Of a stretch of 64,000 nt of DNA, positions 27,035 to 36,300 are shown one piece after another. Under the pieces are notes generated by a model that saw nothing but the letters and a program-made list of their open reading frames with translations, had not been told where the DNA came from and made no database searches. Where the stretch lies: positions 1,089,237 to 1,153,236 of the forward strand of contig JBAZVD010000001.1 of NCBI GenBank assembly GCA_041661065.1, written 5' to 3'. Each line of letters starts with the position of its first letter. Within the stretch, counting starts at the first letter, position 1. The stretch comes from Candidatus Peribacteraceae bacterium. Its GTDB lineage: Bacteria; Patescibacteriota; Gracilibacteria; Peribacterales; Peribacteraceae. The translations under genes were made by a program, and so were the position numbers.

Positions 27035-28429
27035 TCAGTCCGCCCCCTTCCTGCTCAATACCGTGAACATCGTCCTCCACAGTATCCAGAGATCCAACAG
27101 CAACGACCACTCTTCGATGTAGCGCAGGTCGAGTTTCATCTCCTCCTCAAAACCCAAATCCGAGCGGCCGGAGGTCTGCGCCAGCCCCGTCATGCCCGGT
27201 TTGACGGCGAAGACGCGGCGCTGTTCCAGCGAGTACTTCTGCACCTCGGAGGGAAGGTGCGGACGAGGGCCCACGAGCGAGACCTGCCCCAGGAGGACAT
27301 TGATGAGCTGCGGGAACTCATCCAGCGTCCACCGGCGGAGGAACTTGCCGAAGGGGGTGATGCGGGGGTCGTTCCTCATCTTGAACAGGGGCCCGTCGTT
27401 CCGTTCATTCTGCGCCATGAGCCGCCCCTTGAGGGCGTCGGCGTTCTTCACCATGGTGCGGAACTTGAGGATTTTGACGAGCGTTCTCCCCTGCTCCCCC
27501 ACCCGCGTGGAAATGTAGAAGATGGGCCATCCACTGGTTAGCAAAATGCCCAGTGCAAAGAGGAGGAGGAATGGCAGGAGGAGCACAATGAGCACCGCGC
27601 TCACGAGCAGGTCGAAGAGGCGCTTCCACACGCGCCCCCACCCGTCCAGCGGCGTGGGCTGGAAACGTATGAGCGGCACTTGCCCCAGGCGGTCCACCGC
27701 CAGCTGGTGCGGCACATCCGCGAGCACGGGCGGCAGAAAGCCGTACCCCAAGTGGTGGCTGCGGCAGTACTCGATGAGCGCCACGGTCTCCTGGCTCCCG
27801 GGATTGGGGTCGGTCTGGATGACGAAATCGATGACCTGCTGGTGGATGACCCGCTTGAGCGCGGCCAGGTCCTGCAGGTGTCCCAGGTAGTGGTAGTGCA
27901 TGTCGTGCAGGAGCACGTCGCGCGCCGGCACCGCGATGGCCTGGGACCCCAACGACACCACGAGCAGCCGCCCCACCCCCCTCCGCAGGAACGCGCGCTG
28001 CACCAGGATGAGCCAGGAACGGAACACGGCGACGAACAGGATCAGAAACGCCACGGAATGGACCAGCACCGCGCGGGAGAAGAAGAGTTCGTGCTCCACG
28101 AGGAAGAACCACGCATTGACCACCGCCACCCACAGCGCCGCCGCCAGCACCACATGCCCCATTTCCGTCCACGCGCTCATGGTGGCGCGCAGCGCGTACA
28201 GCTTGAGTGCGGCGGCGAGCGCGACGAAGAGGAGGACGGCGGGGAGGATGAATGCTGAAACGTAGTATTCCGCCGTGGGGAGCGTCTGCGCCGGCTCCAG
28301 GAGCCGGACGAAAGGAAGGAGATCAATGTTCGCCTGGCGCAGGCGGAAGCTGAGGAAGAGCGCGGCCCCTGCGGCCAACACGTCCGCCGGTATGCGCAGC
28401 AAGCCGAACAACGCTTCCGACTTCTTCAT
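27035..28429 (-). CDS. Polyprenyl-phosphate sugar phosphotransferase (WbaP/EpsB-type bacterial sugar transferase)
   Basis: KRLFDLLVSAVLIVLLLPFLLL...KFRTMVKNADA...GPLFKMRNDPRITPFGKFLRRWTLDEFPQLINVLLGQVSLVGPRP...KPGMTGLAQ. ATG at 28429. Confidence 0.9.
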   Translation of the reverse strand: MKKSEALFGLLRIPADVLAAGAALFLSFRLRQANIDLLPFVRLLEPAQTLPTAEYYVSAFILPAVLLFVALAAALKLYALRATMSAWTEMGHVVLAAALWVAVVNAWFFLVEHELFFSRAVLVHSVAFLILFVAVFRSWLILVQRAFLRRGVGRLLVVSLGSQAIAVPARDVLLHDMHYHYLGHLQDLAALKRVIHQQVIDFVIQTDPNPGSQETVALIEYCRSHHLGYGFLPPVLADVPHQLAVDRLGQVPLIRFQPTPLDGWGRVWKRLFDLLVSAVLIVLLLPFLLLFALGILLTSGWPIFYISTRVGEQGRTLVKILKFRTMVKNADALKGRLMAQNERNDGPLFKMRNDPRITPFGKFLRRWTLDEFPQLINVLLGQVSLVGPRPHLPSEVQKYSLEQRRVFAVKPGMTGLAQTSGRSDLGFEEEMKLDLRYIEEWSLLLDLWILWRTMFTVLSRKGAD

Positions 28430-28484
28430 CCCCCGTAGTGTCCATCCTCGTTTGCGCTTGTGCAAGTCCCAAGCGCAATGCCCG

Positions 28485-30068
28485 TCATTCGCCGATCACG
28501 GGCCCCATTCCCAATTGCGCCAATGCAGGATCGGTCTGCCGCTCCACGAAATCGGGGTTGAGGGCGTAGGCGTTGCGCAAGGCATCGCGCGCATCCTGTA
28601 TCCGGTTCTCCTGGAAGAAGAACAGCGCCAGCGCCAGGTGCGTTTCCGCATCGCCGAGGTCGATGTTCAGCGCCTTCTCGAACTCGGCGTACGCCTCATC
28701 CTTCATCCCCTTGCGGATGTACGCCTTGGCCAGGTTGTTGTGGAGGCGCACGCTCTCCGGTTCCACGGCGAGCGCCGCACGGTAATCGGCGATGGCGGCG
28801 TCCACATTCCCCTGCCGGATGTACGCGTTGGCACGGTTATTGAGCGCGAGCGCGGAACGGGGGTACAGGGAGAGCGCATGGGAGAAAAGTGTGATGCCAT
28901 CCTTCCAAACCAGGGACTGGCGGAAGGAGAGGAATCCGAACGCCGCGAAGACGAAGATCCCCAGCACAGCTGCTCCCCGGCGAAGAGACCGAGGGGAGAG
29001 GTGGTCATACAGTCGGGCGGCGCCCAGGCCGGCGAGGAGGAACAGCCCGATGGAAGGGATGTACGCGTAGCGGTCGGAGGCAATGTACGTCACGCTCCCC
29101 TTGTACAGATTGAAGAATGTGGGGGCGAGAGTGATGAGGAAGAATGCAACGCCCACCCAGATCCGGCGCGCATGCTTCCATCCGTATGCCACAAAACCCG
29201 CCAGGAATGCGCAGATGACGAGAGCGAGCAGGTATCCCGCCCCTCCCGGCGAAGGGGGACCCGCAAGGGGGTAGATGACGCTGAGGGAGAAGGGCAGGAA
29301 GAGTTTCCAAAGAGTGAATGCTGTGCTCCCCGCGAGGAGCAGAATCCATTGCAGGAGGGAGTACGCCTTCGGGAGGGTATCCGCCCCCTTACCGAGGAAG
29401 GCGATGACCCCGAACACGATGGAGAGGAGAAAGAAGGGCGCTTTCTCCCACAGGCTCTTACGAGTGATGCCTCTCCCCTCCCATACGTCAATGAGCAGCA
29501 GAATGACCGGCAGCGTGACGACGATCACTTTGGAAAGCAGGCCGAGGAGGAAGAGCTCCAGTGACAGGACGTACGCGGTCCAGCGCGGCTTGCGCACGTG
29601 GGTGACGTACGCGATGAGGGAGGCGAGGAAGAAGAACGCGGAAAGCACGTCCTTGCGGCCCGCCACCCACGCCACCGCTTCCGCATGCAGCGGGTGGAGG
29701 AGGAACAGCAGACCCGCAACCACGCCCGCAAAGCGGCGGCGCGTGAGCAGGAACGTGAGCCAGCACACGAAGAGCGCGTTGGCGGTGTGAAGGACGAGAT
29801 TTGTGGTGTGGAAGACGGCGGGATTCATCCCTCCCGCTTGGTACTCCACCTGGAACGTGAGGAACGTGAGGGGGATGTAGAGCTCCGGATCGAACATCGT
29901 GAAGGCCTTGCGGATGGAGCGCGGCGAAAGCTCCCGGATCACGGGGTTGCGCGAAACGAGGATGTCATCGTCAAAGGGGACGAAATCGTTCGTGAGCGAG
30001 CGCCCGTACACAAGGAGCGCAAGCCCCAGGAACGCCAGCACCACAAGAAACACTTGCCGCCGGGTCAT
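28485..30068 (-). CDS. Polytopic membrane protein with C-terminal TPR repeats (TMTC/PMT-like GT-C candidate)
   Basis: The N-terminus GRSLTNDFVPFDDDILVSRNPVIRELS is followed by ~10 TM segments, then TPR units (ALNNRANAYIRQGNVDAAIADYRAALAVEP...). ATG at 30068. Confidence 0.75.
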   Translation of the reverse strand: MTRRQVFLVVLAFLGLALLVYGRSLTNDFVPFDDDILVSRNPVIRELSPRSIRKAFTMFDPELYIPLTFLTFQVEYQAGGMNPAVFHTTNLVLHTANALFVCWLTFLLTRRRFAGVVAGLLFLLHPLHAEAVAWVAGRKDVLSAFFFLASLIAYVTHVRKPRWTAYVLSLELFLLGLLSKVIVVTLPVILLLIDVWEGRGITRKSLWEKAPFFLLSIVFGVIAFLGKGADTLPKAYSLLQWILLLAGSTAFTLWKLFLPFSLSVIYPLAGPPSPGGAGYLLALVICAFLAGFVAYGWKHARRIWVGVAFFLITLAPTFFNLYKGSVTYIASDRYAYIPSIGLFLLAGLGAARLYDHLSPRSLRRGAAVLGIFVFAAFGFLSFRQSLVWKDGITLFSHALSLYPRSALALNNRANAYIRQGNVDAAIADYRAALAVEPESVRLHNNLAKAYIRKGMKDEAYAEFEKALNIDLGDAETHLALALFFFQENRIQDARDALRNAYALNPDFVERQTDPALAQLGMGPVIGE

Positions 30069-30228
30069 GCGGGAAGTGTGCCACAAGGTGAGGATGGATG
30101 CGAAGAGTAGAGCTCCCTATGGGAGCTTATCAGGAACTGCCCTTCTTCTACGGACTATGCCGAAGCATCCGGCAATGGATTGTATGAGCGACATCTCGGC
30201 GTAGTCGCGCATGCGGGACGAAGCCGGA

Positions 30229-30303
30229 TGGAGCCGCTTCGGGGACTCGAACCCCGGACCTACTCATTACAAGTGAGTTGCTCTACCACTGAGCTAAAGC
30301 GGC
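30229..30303 (-). tRNA. tRNA-Thr (anticodon UGU), CCA encoded
   Basis: The reverse complement folds as a cloverleaf: acceptor GCCGCTT/AAGCGGC, D arm GCTC-AGTGGTA-GAGC, anticodon arm ACTCA-CTTGTAA-TGAGT, T arm CGGGG-TTCGAGT-CCCCG, then TCCA. Confidence 0.95.
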
Positions 30304-30310
30304 GCGGAGA

Positions 30311-30393
30311 GAAGTATGAATTATGAATCAGGAATTATGAAGGAGATAATTGAAGCCCTTCTTGATTCTTTATTCCTGCTTCATAATTCTTAA
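30311..30393. repeat. Heptamer hairpin (NNATGAA / GAAT family)
   Basis: Left arm GTATGAA TTATGAA TCAGGAA TTATGAA GG, loop AGATAATTGAAGC, right arm CCTTCTTGATTCTTTATTCCTGCTTCATAATTCTTAA. Confidence 0.9.
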
Positions 30394-30440
30394 AAACATA
30401 GGAATATTGTTTGTCAAATACCGTCAAGGGAGGGATAATG

Positions 30441-30899
30441 GGGGTCTGCTCCTTCGATGATCGCTTCGGCGTAGTCCGCCAACGGCGGACGAAGCCTGAG
30501 AGGAACGTCCGGGCGCCATTGGAACGCCATGCGGGTAACACCCGTCCGCGCGCCACATATCCGGTAAAGGCGCGCGAGGACCAGTGCCACAGAGACGATA
30601 CCCCGCATCCTTCCTGGCAGGGAGAGCAGCAAAACATGTTCTGAGCTGTTGCATCTCTGCCGAGAAGGGTGCGGGGGGTGAAACGCCTCCCCCAGGGAGG
30701 ATCGTGCACTGCACGTGCATGCATGATCGGCAAACTCATGGTGGCGCAAGGAGGAATTGGGTTGCGGGAACCGGCGATGGTTCCGTCGCCCCCGCTACCC
30801 CTCCGCTTGAGACGGCGAACAATCGCCGTCCTAGAGAGATGATCATCCTTCCCGCGGTTGCGGGACAGACAGAACCCGGCGTATGAAGGAGCAGAACGT
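30441..30899 (+). ncRNA. rnpB: RNase P RNA (bacterial type A-like), ~459 nt
   Basis: GAGAGGAACGTCCGGGCGCC (cf. GAGGAAAGUCCGGGC), AGTGCCACAGAGACGATACCCCGC (cf. GUGCAACAGAAACAUACCGCC) and GGGACAGACAGAACCCGGCGTA (cf. ACAGAACCCGGCUUA). P1 pairing between GTCTGCTCCTT (30444-54) and AAGGAGCAGAAC (30886-97). Confidence 0.88.
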
Positions 30900-30900
30900 A

Positions 30901-30923
30901 GAAGAGGGCATTCCCCTCTTTTT
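30901..30923 (+). terminator. Rho-independent terminator after rnpB
   Basis: GAAGAGGG-CATTC-CCCTCTT stem followed by a T run. Confidence 0.6.
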
Positions 30924-31012
30924 CGTTATGTGAAGGATCTGTTTGAGGAAGCCGAGGTTTCCGACAATTCCAAGGATCAATTCCAAGCAGCTCCGACACT
31001 GCAAGAACAACC

Positions 31013-31055
31013 GCTCCTCTGCATCCTCTGCATCTTCTGTTTCCTCTGTCTCCCC
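31013..31055. repeat. Solo nonamer-repeat arm abutting the histidine kinase stop
   Basis: CCTCTGCAT CCTCTGCAT CTTCTGTTT CCTCTGTCT CCC. Confidence 0.75.
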
Positions 31056-31057
31056 CC

Positions 31058-33289
31058 TTACTTCAACGGCAGCCGGACGGTGAATGTTGTCCCCTTCCCG
31101 GGCTTGCTCTTGAACTCGATCTTCCCGTCCAGGTTCTCCACGATCATGCGCGTGAGGTAGAGGCCCAGACCGGAGCCGTCGGCATCCGTGCGCTTCACGT
31201 TCTTGGCGCGGAAGAATTTTTCGAACACGTGCTTCTGTTCCTCGGTGGGAATGCCCATGCCGTTGTCCGAGACGGTGATGATGGCCGTCCTCTTGAGCAG
31301 GCTGAGGTTGATCTTAATGTCCGTCCCGTTCGGGGAGTACTTCATGGCGTTCGTGAAGAGGTTCTGGAGTACAAGGTGCAGGAGGATGGGGTCGTTGGAG
31401 AGGCGGACTGCGCGCCTGGGCAGCGTGAAGGTGCACAGCAGGCCGCGCTCGCGCGCCAGCGGTTTCCACTCGTTCTCCAGATCTAGCATCAGCTTCCGCA
31501 AGTCGAAATCCCTCTTATCGGCATGGATTTCCCCGCCTTCCAGGTGGGTGATGCGCAAAAGGTCATCCAGGAGCGTGACCATGCGCTTGGAGGCGTATTC
31601 CATCTGCTCCACGAAGGATTTCTGCACATCCGAGAGTTTGGGTTCCTTCTCCTCTTGCATAAGCTCCAGGTACCACCGCAGAGAAGCGAGGGGAGTGCGC
31701 AGTTGGTGGGAGGCCAGGGCGATGAAATCGGACTTCATGGCGTCAATCTGGTTCTCCTCGCGGATATCCTGAAGAATCACCAGGATCCCCTCCAGCGTGC
31801 GCCCGTCCATGAGCGGCGTCACCGTGAGGGCCACCGGCAGCAGGATATGCTTGCCCACGAAGAGGGTGAGGTGGTCGTTGTGGAAGAAGTGGACCGCCTT
31901 CTTCTGGTGGAGCGCCTGCACCACCGGATGAGCCAGATCGCGCAGAGGTTCGTTCTTCCGGAAGAAGTGCAGGAGATTCGCCGCCACATTCCCCACAATC
32001 TCCTCGCGCGTCAGGCGGAGGACATGCTGGCCGGCGGGGTTCACGTTGATCACGGTGCCGTGGGGATTGACCACCAGGACGCCGTACTCGATGTGTTCCA
32101 GGATGGTGCGGTCGAGGAGGTACTGCCGGTGCAGCTCCTTCGTGCGTTCCTCCACTTTCTGTTCCAGGCTCGTGTAGGCCGTGCGGAGGCGGGAGGTGAG
32201 CTCGGCCGCCACCACGTCGAGGAGCTCCACTTCATCACCCGTCTGCACCGAGCGCTTGAAGGTCCAGCGCTTGGGGTTGAGGGCGCGCATCTTCTGCGCA
32301 AGGTCCATGATGGGGGAAGAGAGCTGCTTCGCCAGCACCAAGCCGAACACTCCCGTGAGGAAGACGAGGAAGAGATCGATGAACAGGAGCGTATACACGA
32401 AGCGTTCCCATCCCTGGAGGGCGTCGCTCGTATCCACTTTCAACACCATTCCCCACCCGGTCGCCGGGACGGATTGGTACGAAGCGAGGATATCCTCGCC
32501 CCATTCGTCCTTGCCCACGAACACGCCCCCCTTGCCCTTCACGGCATCGGGAATGACGAAAGTGCTCACCGGAACATCGCCGGAGGACCGGCGGGCTTGC
32601 TCCCCCGAATGGGCGTAGACCAGGGAGGCGACGCCGTTCACTTCGCGGATGATGAGCAGCTCTACGGTGGTGCCGATGGAGGGGTTATCCGAGAGGAGCG
32701 TGAAGAGCGGCTGAGGGTTGTAGCGGATGGCCAGCGTGCCGAGGAGTTCCCCTTGAGGATTGCGCACGGGCGCATAGGCATCCGTCGCCATCCACTTCCC
32801 ATGCCGGTCGAGGACCGGGCGCAGTTGCGTGGCGGTTGGGATGGCGGTGGGGAGCGGCACGTCCTCTCCGCGGTGGTCCTGCACCACGCCTTGAAGGTTG
32901 AGGAGCGTCAGACCTTCCACGGGCACCTGTTCGCTGAGCAGCCGTTCCCACAATTCCTGGAGGGGAAGGGAGGGGGTGGGAGCCTGCAAGGACCGTACGA
33001 GCGCCTCTTCGGCGCCGAGAAGCGCCGTCCTCTCGCGGTCATACTGGAGGGAACGGGAGAGCAGGTTTTCGCGGGATGCCAGGGTGGAGGAAAGCTGCCC
33101 CAAGACGCGGTTACGGATGAGAAAGAGCGCAACCACGGAAGAGAGCAGCGACAGCACCATCACCGTGAAACACGTGAGCAGAAGGGATTGCCACAGGATC
33201 CGCTTGCGGATGGAAGTGTTCTGCTCGGGGAAGTGTCGCAGGAGCACATCTCCGCTACGGGAAGCACGGCGCTGTTTGGCGGTTGGCAT
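31058..33289 (-). CDS. Sensor histidine kinase (TM - extracytoplasmic domain - TM - HAMP - PAS - HisKA - HATPase_c)
   Basis: H-box FIALASHQLRTPL; N/G boxes LQNLFTNAMKYSP, DNGMGIP and GSGLGLYLTRMIV; two TM segments flank a ~250-aa sensor domain. Confidence 0.9.
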   Translation of the reverse strand: MPTAKQRRASRSGDVLLRHFPEQNTSIRKRILWQSLLLTCFTVMVLSLLSSVVALFLIRNRVLGQLSSTLASRENLLSRSLQYDRERTALLGAEEALVRSLQAPTPSLPLQELWERLLSEQVPVEGLTLLNLQGVVQDHRGEDVPLPTAIPTATQLRPVLDRHGKWMATDAYAPVRNPQGELLGTLAIRYNPQPLFTLLSDNPSIGTTVELLIIREVNGVASLVYAHSGEQARRSSGDVPVSTFVIPDAVKGKGGVFVGKDEWGEDILASYQSVPATGWGMVLKVDTSDALQGWERFVYTLLFIDLFLVFLTGVFGLVLAKQLSSPIMDLAQKMRALNPKRWTFKRSVQTGDEVELLDVVAAELTSRLRTAYTSLEQKVEERTKELHRQYLLDRTILEHIEYGVLVVNPHGTVINVNPAGQHVLRLTREEIVGNVAANLLHFFRKNEPLRDLAHPVVQALHQKKAVHFFHNDHLTLFVGKHILLPVALTVTPLMDGRTLEGILVILQDIREENQIDAMKSDFIALASHQLRTPLASLRWYLELMQEEKEPKLSDVQKSFVEQMEYASKRMVTLLDDLLRITHLEGGEIHADKRDFDLRKLMLDLENEWKPLARERGLLCTFTLPRRAVRLSNDPILLHLVLQNLFTNAMKYSPNGTDIKINLSLLKRTAIITVSDNGMGIPTEEQKHVFEKFFRAKNVKRTDADGSGLGLYLTRMIVENLDGKIEFKSKPGKGTTFTVRLPLK

Positions 33290-33359
33290 AGTGTGTTTTC
33301 CTTATATTATAGCCTAAAACCCCATTTATCACAATAGCCTGCCAAGCGGCCAAATCCCC

Positions 33360-35069
33360 TTAGAATGCCAAGAAAAGCCTGTTACTAAACCATTCGCCGA
33401 AGGTCGCTCCATCTGCGAGCATACGACGTACTTCTTCGCATCGTTGCCGCACGGCCGGATCGGGTTCGGAGAACATCTGCCAGGGGGCGTCCAGCGGCAC
33501 CGCCGTGCAACGCTCCAGTTGTACAGTCGACACAAATGTTCGTATCCTCTCCGCATCAGGCTTCGTCATCATGAAGATGACGCGGCGGCCGTTGTCCGCT
33601 GCCAACTGTTTCCACCATCGTATCGCCACCGGATCCCGGAGCCGTTCATGCAGCACGACGCTTTGTTCGGGATCACCGTAGAGCGCTTGGAAATAGTGGA
33701 AGCCCCAATCAGCGGCCACCACCATGGAATTGCGGGCGACCGTGGGATCCAGAAGCACTTTGCGGAGCACCTCCTTTGACGAGTGTCTGCTGGGAATAAG
33801 GTTTTGGCGGGGGAATACCATGAAGTAACGGACGTTGAGGGCGAGGAAGAGCAGGAGCCATAGTCCGGTTACCGATCGTACGAAAGGCCGCACCCGTCTG
33901 CCTTTTACAACCAGCAGTCCTTTCACTGCGGCACCGATGGCGAGAAGAAGGAAGGGAAAGGTAAGAATGATATGGTGCATGCAAACGGCATTCTTCGTAC
34001 GGGCGACCATCGCAACGGTCAGCAGAAACGCGATGAACAGGGCGATGGACATCAAGACATACTCCCTCATCTCCTTCTCCTTCTTCCAGAGGACTAGCGA
34101 GAGGATCAGAAAAGCCGGAACGAACAGGAAGAGGAGAACGTAGTAGTACTGCCACAGCGGATCAAGCGGTGAAACGTAGTAGATACGCTGCGTCGCCTCT
34201 AGAGGATGCAAGAGGTACTCGAAAGCACGAGTGTGCCAGAGAGCGCCATGGAGAATTTCCCGAATGGAAAACATCTGGCTCTGGAGAAGTTGGGTGAGGA
34301 GAGGCCGCTCATTGCCTTGGAGAGGATGCGTGGAGAAAATGTACGAACCAGCCATCCCGGCACAGACGAGAATGGCGACTATGCTTTGGATAGCCAGTCG
34401 GGAACATGCGCCGCGACGAAGGAGAATTCGGCGATGACGAATGCAGGCAATGACGAAGAAGATGGCAATGCCCGGAGCGAACCAGAAATAGGAGAGCTTG
34501 ATCCAAATGCCAAGGAACATGACTACGGCAGATCCTAGTGCATAGCGCCACCGAAGAGTGGAGCACCAGCGATCGATGAGTATGTACAGGGCATAAACGG
34601 TACAAATTTGGGGCCCGACGGGACCGGTATCCACCAAGTGCTGAAAGGCATAGGGAAAGAAGAGCGAGAAGAGCACCGCAGTCACGGCAAAAGGAAAACG
34701 GAACGCGCGTGCAAACAGCGCCGCGCCCCCCATGAGGAAGAGCCAGCTGACGAGGCGTGCGGAAAGCGGACTCTTCCACAAAAGCCACAGCGGTAAGTAG
34801 TAGAGCGCGGGTATGCTGCCGACGTACAGGAACGAGCGCAACGGCAATACCAATCCCGTACCGAGGACATTCAGGGCGTGTGGATCACAATGGCCGTTGA
34901 TATCATTTCCGGGATACGCCCTGCACGCAATGATGTTGTAATAGATGAATTCATCCATGTCGTAAGGCACCACCACGGAGAAGAGCGTGACGACACAGAC
35001 GCTCGCGACCACTGTCAACACGACGGTGGTCCATGGGCGCGGAAGGAGGCGGCGGAGGGTAGGGGGCAT
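33360..35069 (-). CDS. Polytopic membrane protein, GT-C-fold glycosyltransferase candidate
   Basis: ATG at 35069 (MPPTLRRLLPRPWTTVVLTVV...). The first loop carries YDMDEFIYYN (acidic motif as in ArnT/PMT). More than 10 TM segments and a soluble C-terminal domain. Lies directly downstream of the pilin-like genes on the same strand. Confidence 0.65.
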   Translation of the reverse strand: MPPTLRRLLPRPWTTVVLTVVASVCVVTLFSVVVPYDMDEFIYYNIIACRAYPGNDINGHCDPHALNVLGTGLVLPLRSFLYVGSIPALYYLPLWLLWKSPLSARLVSWLFLMGGAALFARAFRFPFAVTAVLFSLFFPYAFQHLVDTGPVGPQICTVYALYILIDRWCSTLRWRYALGSAVVMFLGIWIKLSYFWFAPGIAIFFVIACIRHRRILLRRGACSRLAIQSIVAILVCAGMAGSYIFSTHPLQGNERPLLTQLLQSQMFSIREILHGALWHTRAFEYLLHPLEATQRIYYVSPLDPLWQYYYVLLFLFVPAFLILSLVLWKKEKEMREYVLMSIALFIAFLLTVAMVARTKNAVCMHHIILTFPFLLLAIGAAVKGLLVVKGRRVRPFVRSVTGLWLLLFLALNVRYFMVFPRQNLIPSRHSSKEVLRKVLLDPTVARNSMVVAADWGFHYFQALYGDPEQSVVLHERLRDPVAIRWWKQLAADNGRRVIFMMTKPDAERIRTFVSTVQLERCTAVPLDAPWQMFSEPDPAVRQRCEEVRRMLADGATFGEWFSNRLFLAF

Positions 35070-35107
35070 AGAGGAAAGATGCAAGAAGGATCCGCGCCGT
35101 TCTCCGT

Positions 35108-35569
35108 TCACCTCGTGATTTCCAAAAAGTTGCTGTTTTCCGCCATCCAAGCGGTCGCAGTGATGGAGCCGTCCGCATTCCGCCGCAGGGCGTACTGCGT
35201 TCCCGTACCCGTGGAGGGCAGCAGAGGATCGCGGGGGAGGACGGGGAGGTACGTCCCGATGAGCGGAGAGAGGTCCACGCCATTCTCCGCCGCGCATTCC
35301 CGGGAAGAGAGCGTCACGTTACATATTTCGCGCGATGTTCCCGCCTGCATGCCGGCGGGATACGATCCTTCTTCCGCCGCGAAGCGCGAGAGGGCGTCGA
35401 GGAGCGTCGTGAGGTCTTCTTGACGCCGTGCATCGCGGCGCTCACGAAGCTCCCCGGGAGGGAGGAAGAGGGAGAGGCCGAGGGAGAGGAGCAGGATGAC
35501 CGCGAAAAGAACGCCTGCAATCCAGGCAACGGAGCGGAAGGAGCCGACGGTATCGTGCGGTGCAGGCAT
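35108..35569 (-). CDS. Pilin-like protein lacking the class III (G/FTLIE) signal
   Basis: A TM anchor VAWIAGVLFAVILLLSLGLSLF is followed by RERRDARRQEDLTTLLDALSRFAAEEGSYP, which resembles the pilin alpha1-C helix. No G-F/V-T-L-x-E motif. Confidence 0.6.
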   Translation of the reverse strand: MPAPHDTVGSFRSVAWIAGVLFAVILLLSLGLSLFLPPGELRERRDARRQEDLTTLLDALSRFAAEEGSYPAGMQAGTSREICNVTLSSRECAAENGVDLSPLIGTYLPVLPRDPLLPSTGTGTQYALRRNADGSITATAWMAENSNFLEITR

Positions 35570-35601
35570 GGCGGGCGGCAACGACTGTACCACAGGCCCC
35601 C

Positions 35602-36300
35602 TTAAGAGGAAGAGCTGGAAGTGCTGGAACTGCTCGCGCTGCAGGGGAGATACGTCTGCGCATCGGAGCACATGAAACTCTGGCACACTTTCCACGTGTA
35701 GATCATCCCGGCGCAGCTGGGGGCGGAACACACTGCACCGCCGCACGCGGCCCCCCGCGGCTCATCGCCCGGCGGCAGTGTGAATGTTCCCTCAAACGTC
35801 CGTTCGTAGATATGGGGCGCCTGGAGGCGGATCGCCCTGCTGACGCGGAAGGAAACGCGAAAGCTTTGCAATAGGGTGGAGGCGGACGTGTTCCAGACGC
35901 GGAACTCATCCAAGGCCACTTGCGGCGAGGTGATGACCTGCTTGGTGGCGCGGCGGATGACCACCAGGGAGCCGCTGAGCGCACCGATGATGGTGGGGTT
36001 CATGGCGCCGCTCCCGGACTGGAGCGTGAGGACGATCCCTTCCTCTTGGGGAGGGGGATCCAGGATGCGTTCCGCCGCCGCAAGGCGCCCGATTTGCTGC
36101 AGCACCTGCAGGCCGTTCTGCTCCACCAGCGAAACCGTCTGTTGCAGCAGGCGGTTCTCCGTCGCCGAGAAGAGGAGCGGAAGCACCGTGAACCCCACCA
36201 CCGCGAAGATGGCGACAAAGACGAGCAATTCTATGAGCGTGACACCGGGACGCGCCAGCTTTACGGGAACGCCGGTATCGCGTGGAAGCAGGGTTATCAT
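35602..36300 (-). CDS. Prepilin-type pseudopilin (short paralog of the 988-aa protein)
   Basis: ARPG|VTLIELLVFVAIFAVVGFTVLPLLFSATENR. The ATG at 36300 overlaps the upstream stop as ATGA. About 190 aa align with the N-terminus of ORF 36297..39263. Poly-Ser tail. Confidence 0.8.
   Translation of the reverse strand: MITLLPRDTGVPVKLARPGVTLIELLVFVAIFAVVGFTVLPLLFSATENRLLQQTVSLVEQNGLQVLQQIGRLAAAERILDPPPQEEGIVLTLQSGSGAMNPTIIGALSGSLVVIRRATKQVITSPQVALDEFRVWNTSASTLLQSFRVSFRVSRAIRLQAPHIYERTFEGTFTLPPGDEPRGAACGGAVCSAPSCAGMIYTWKVCQSFMCSDAQTYLPCSASSSSTSSSSS

Noticed and set aside
36297-36300. An alternative genetic code (UGA reassignment), as in some candidate phyla.
   Set aside because: Well-conserved genes terminate at TGA at expected lengths, and ATGA/TTGA stop-start overlaps are used. 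The standard code 11 explains all ORFs.
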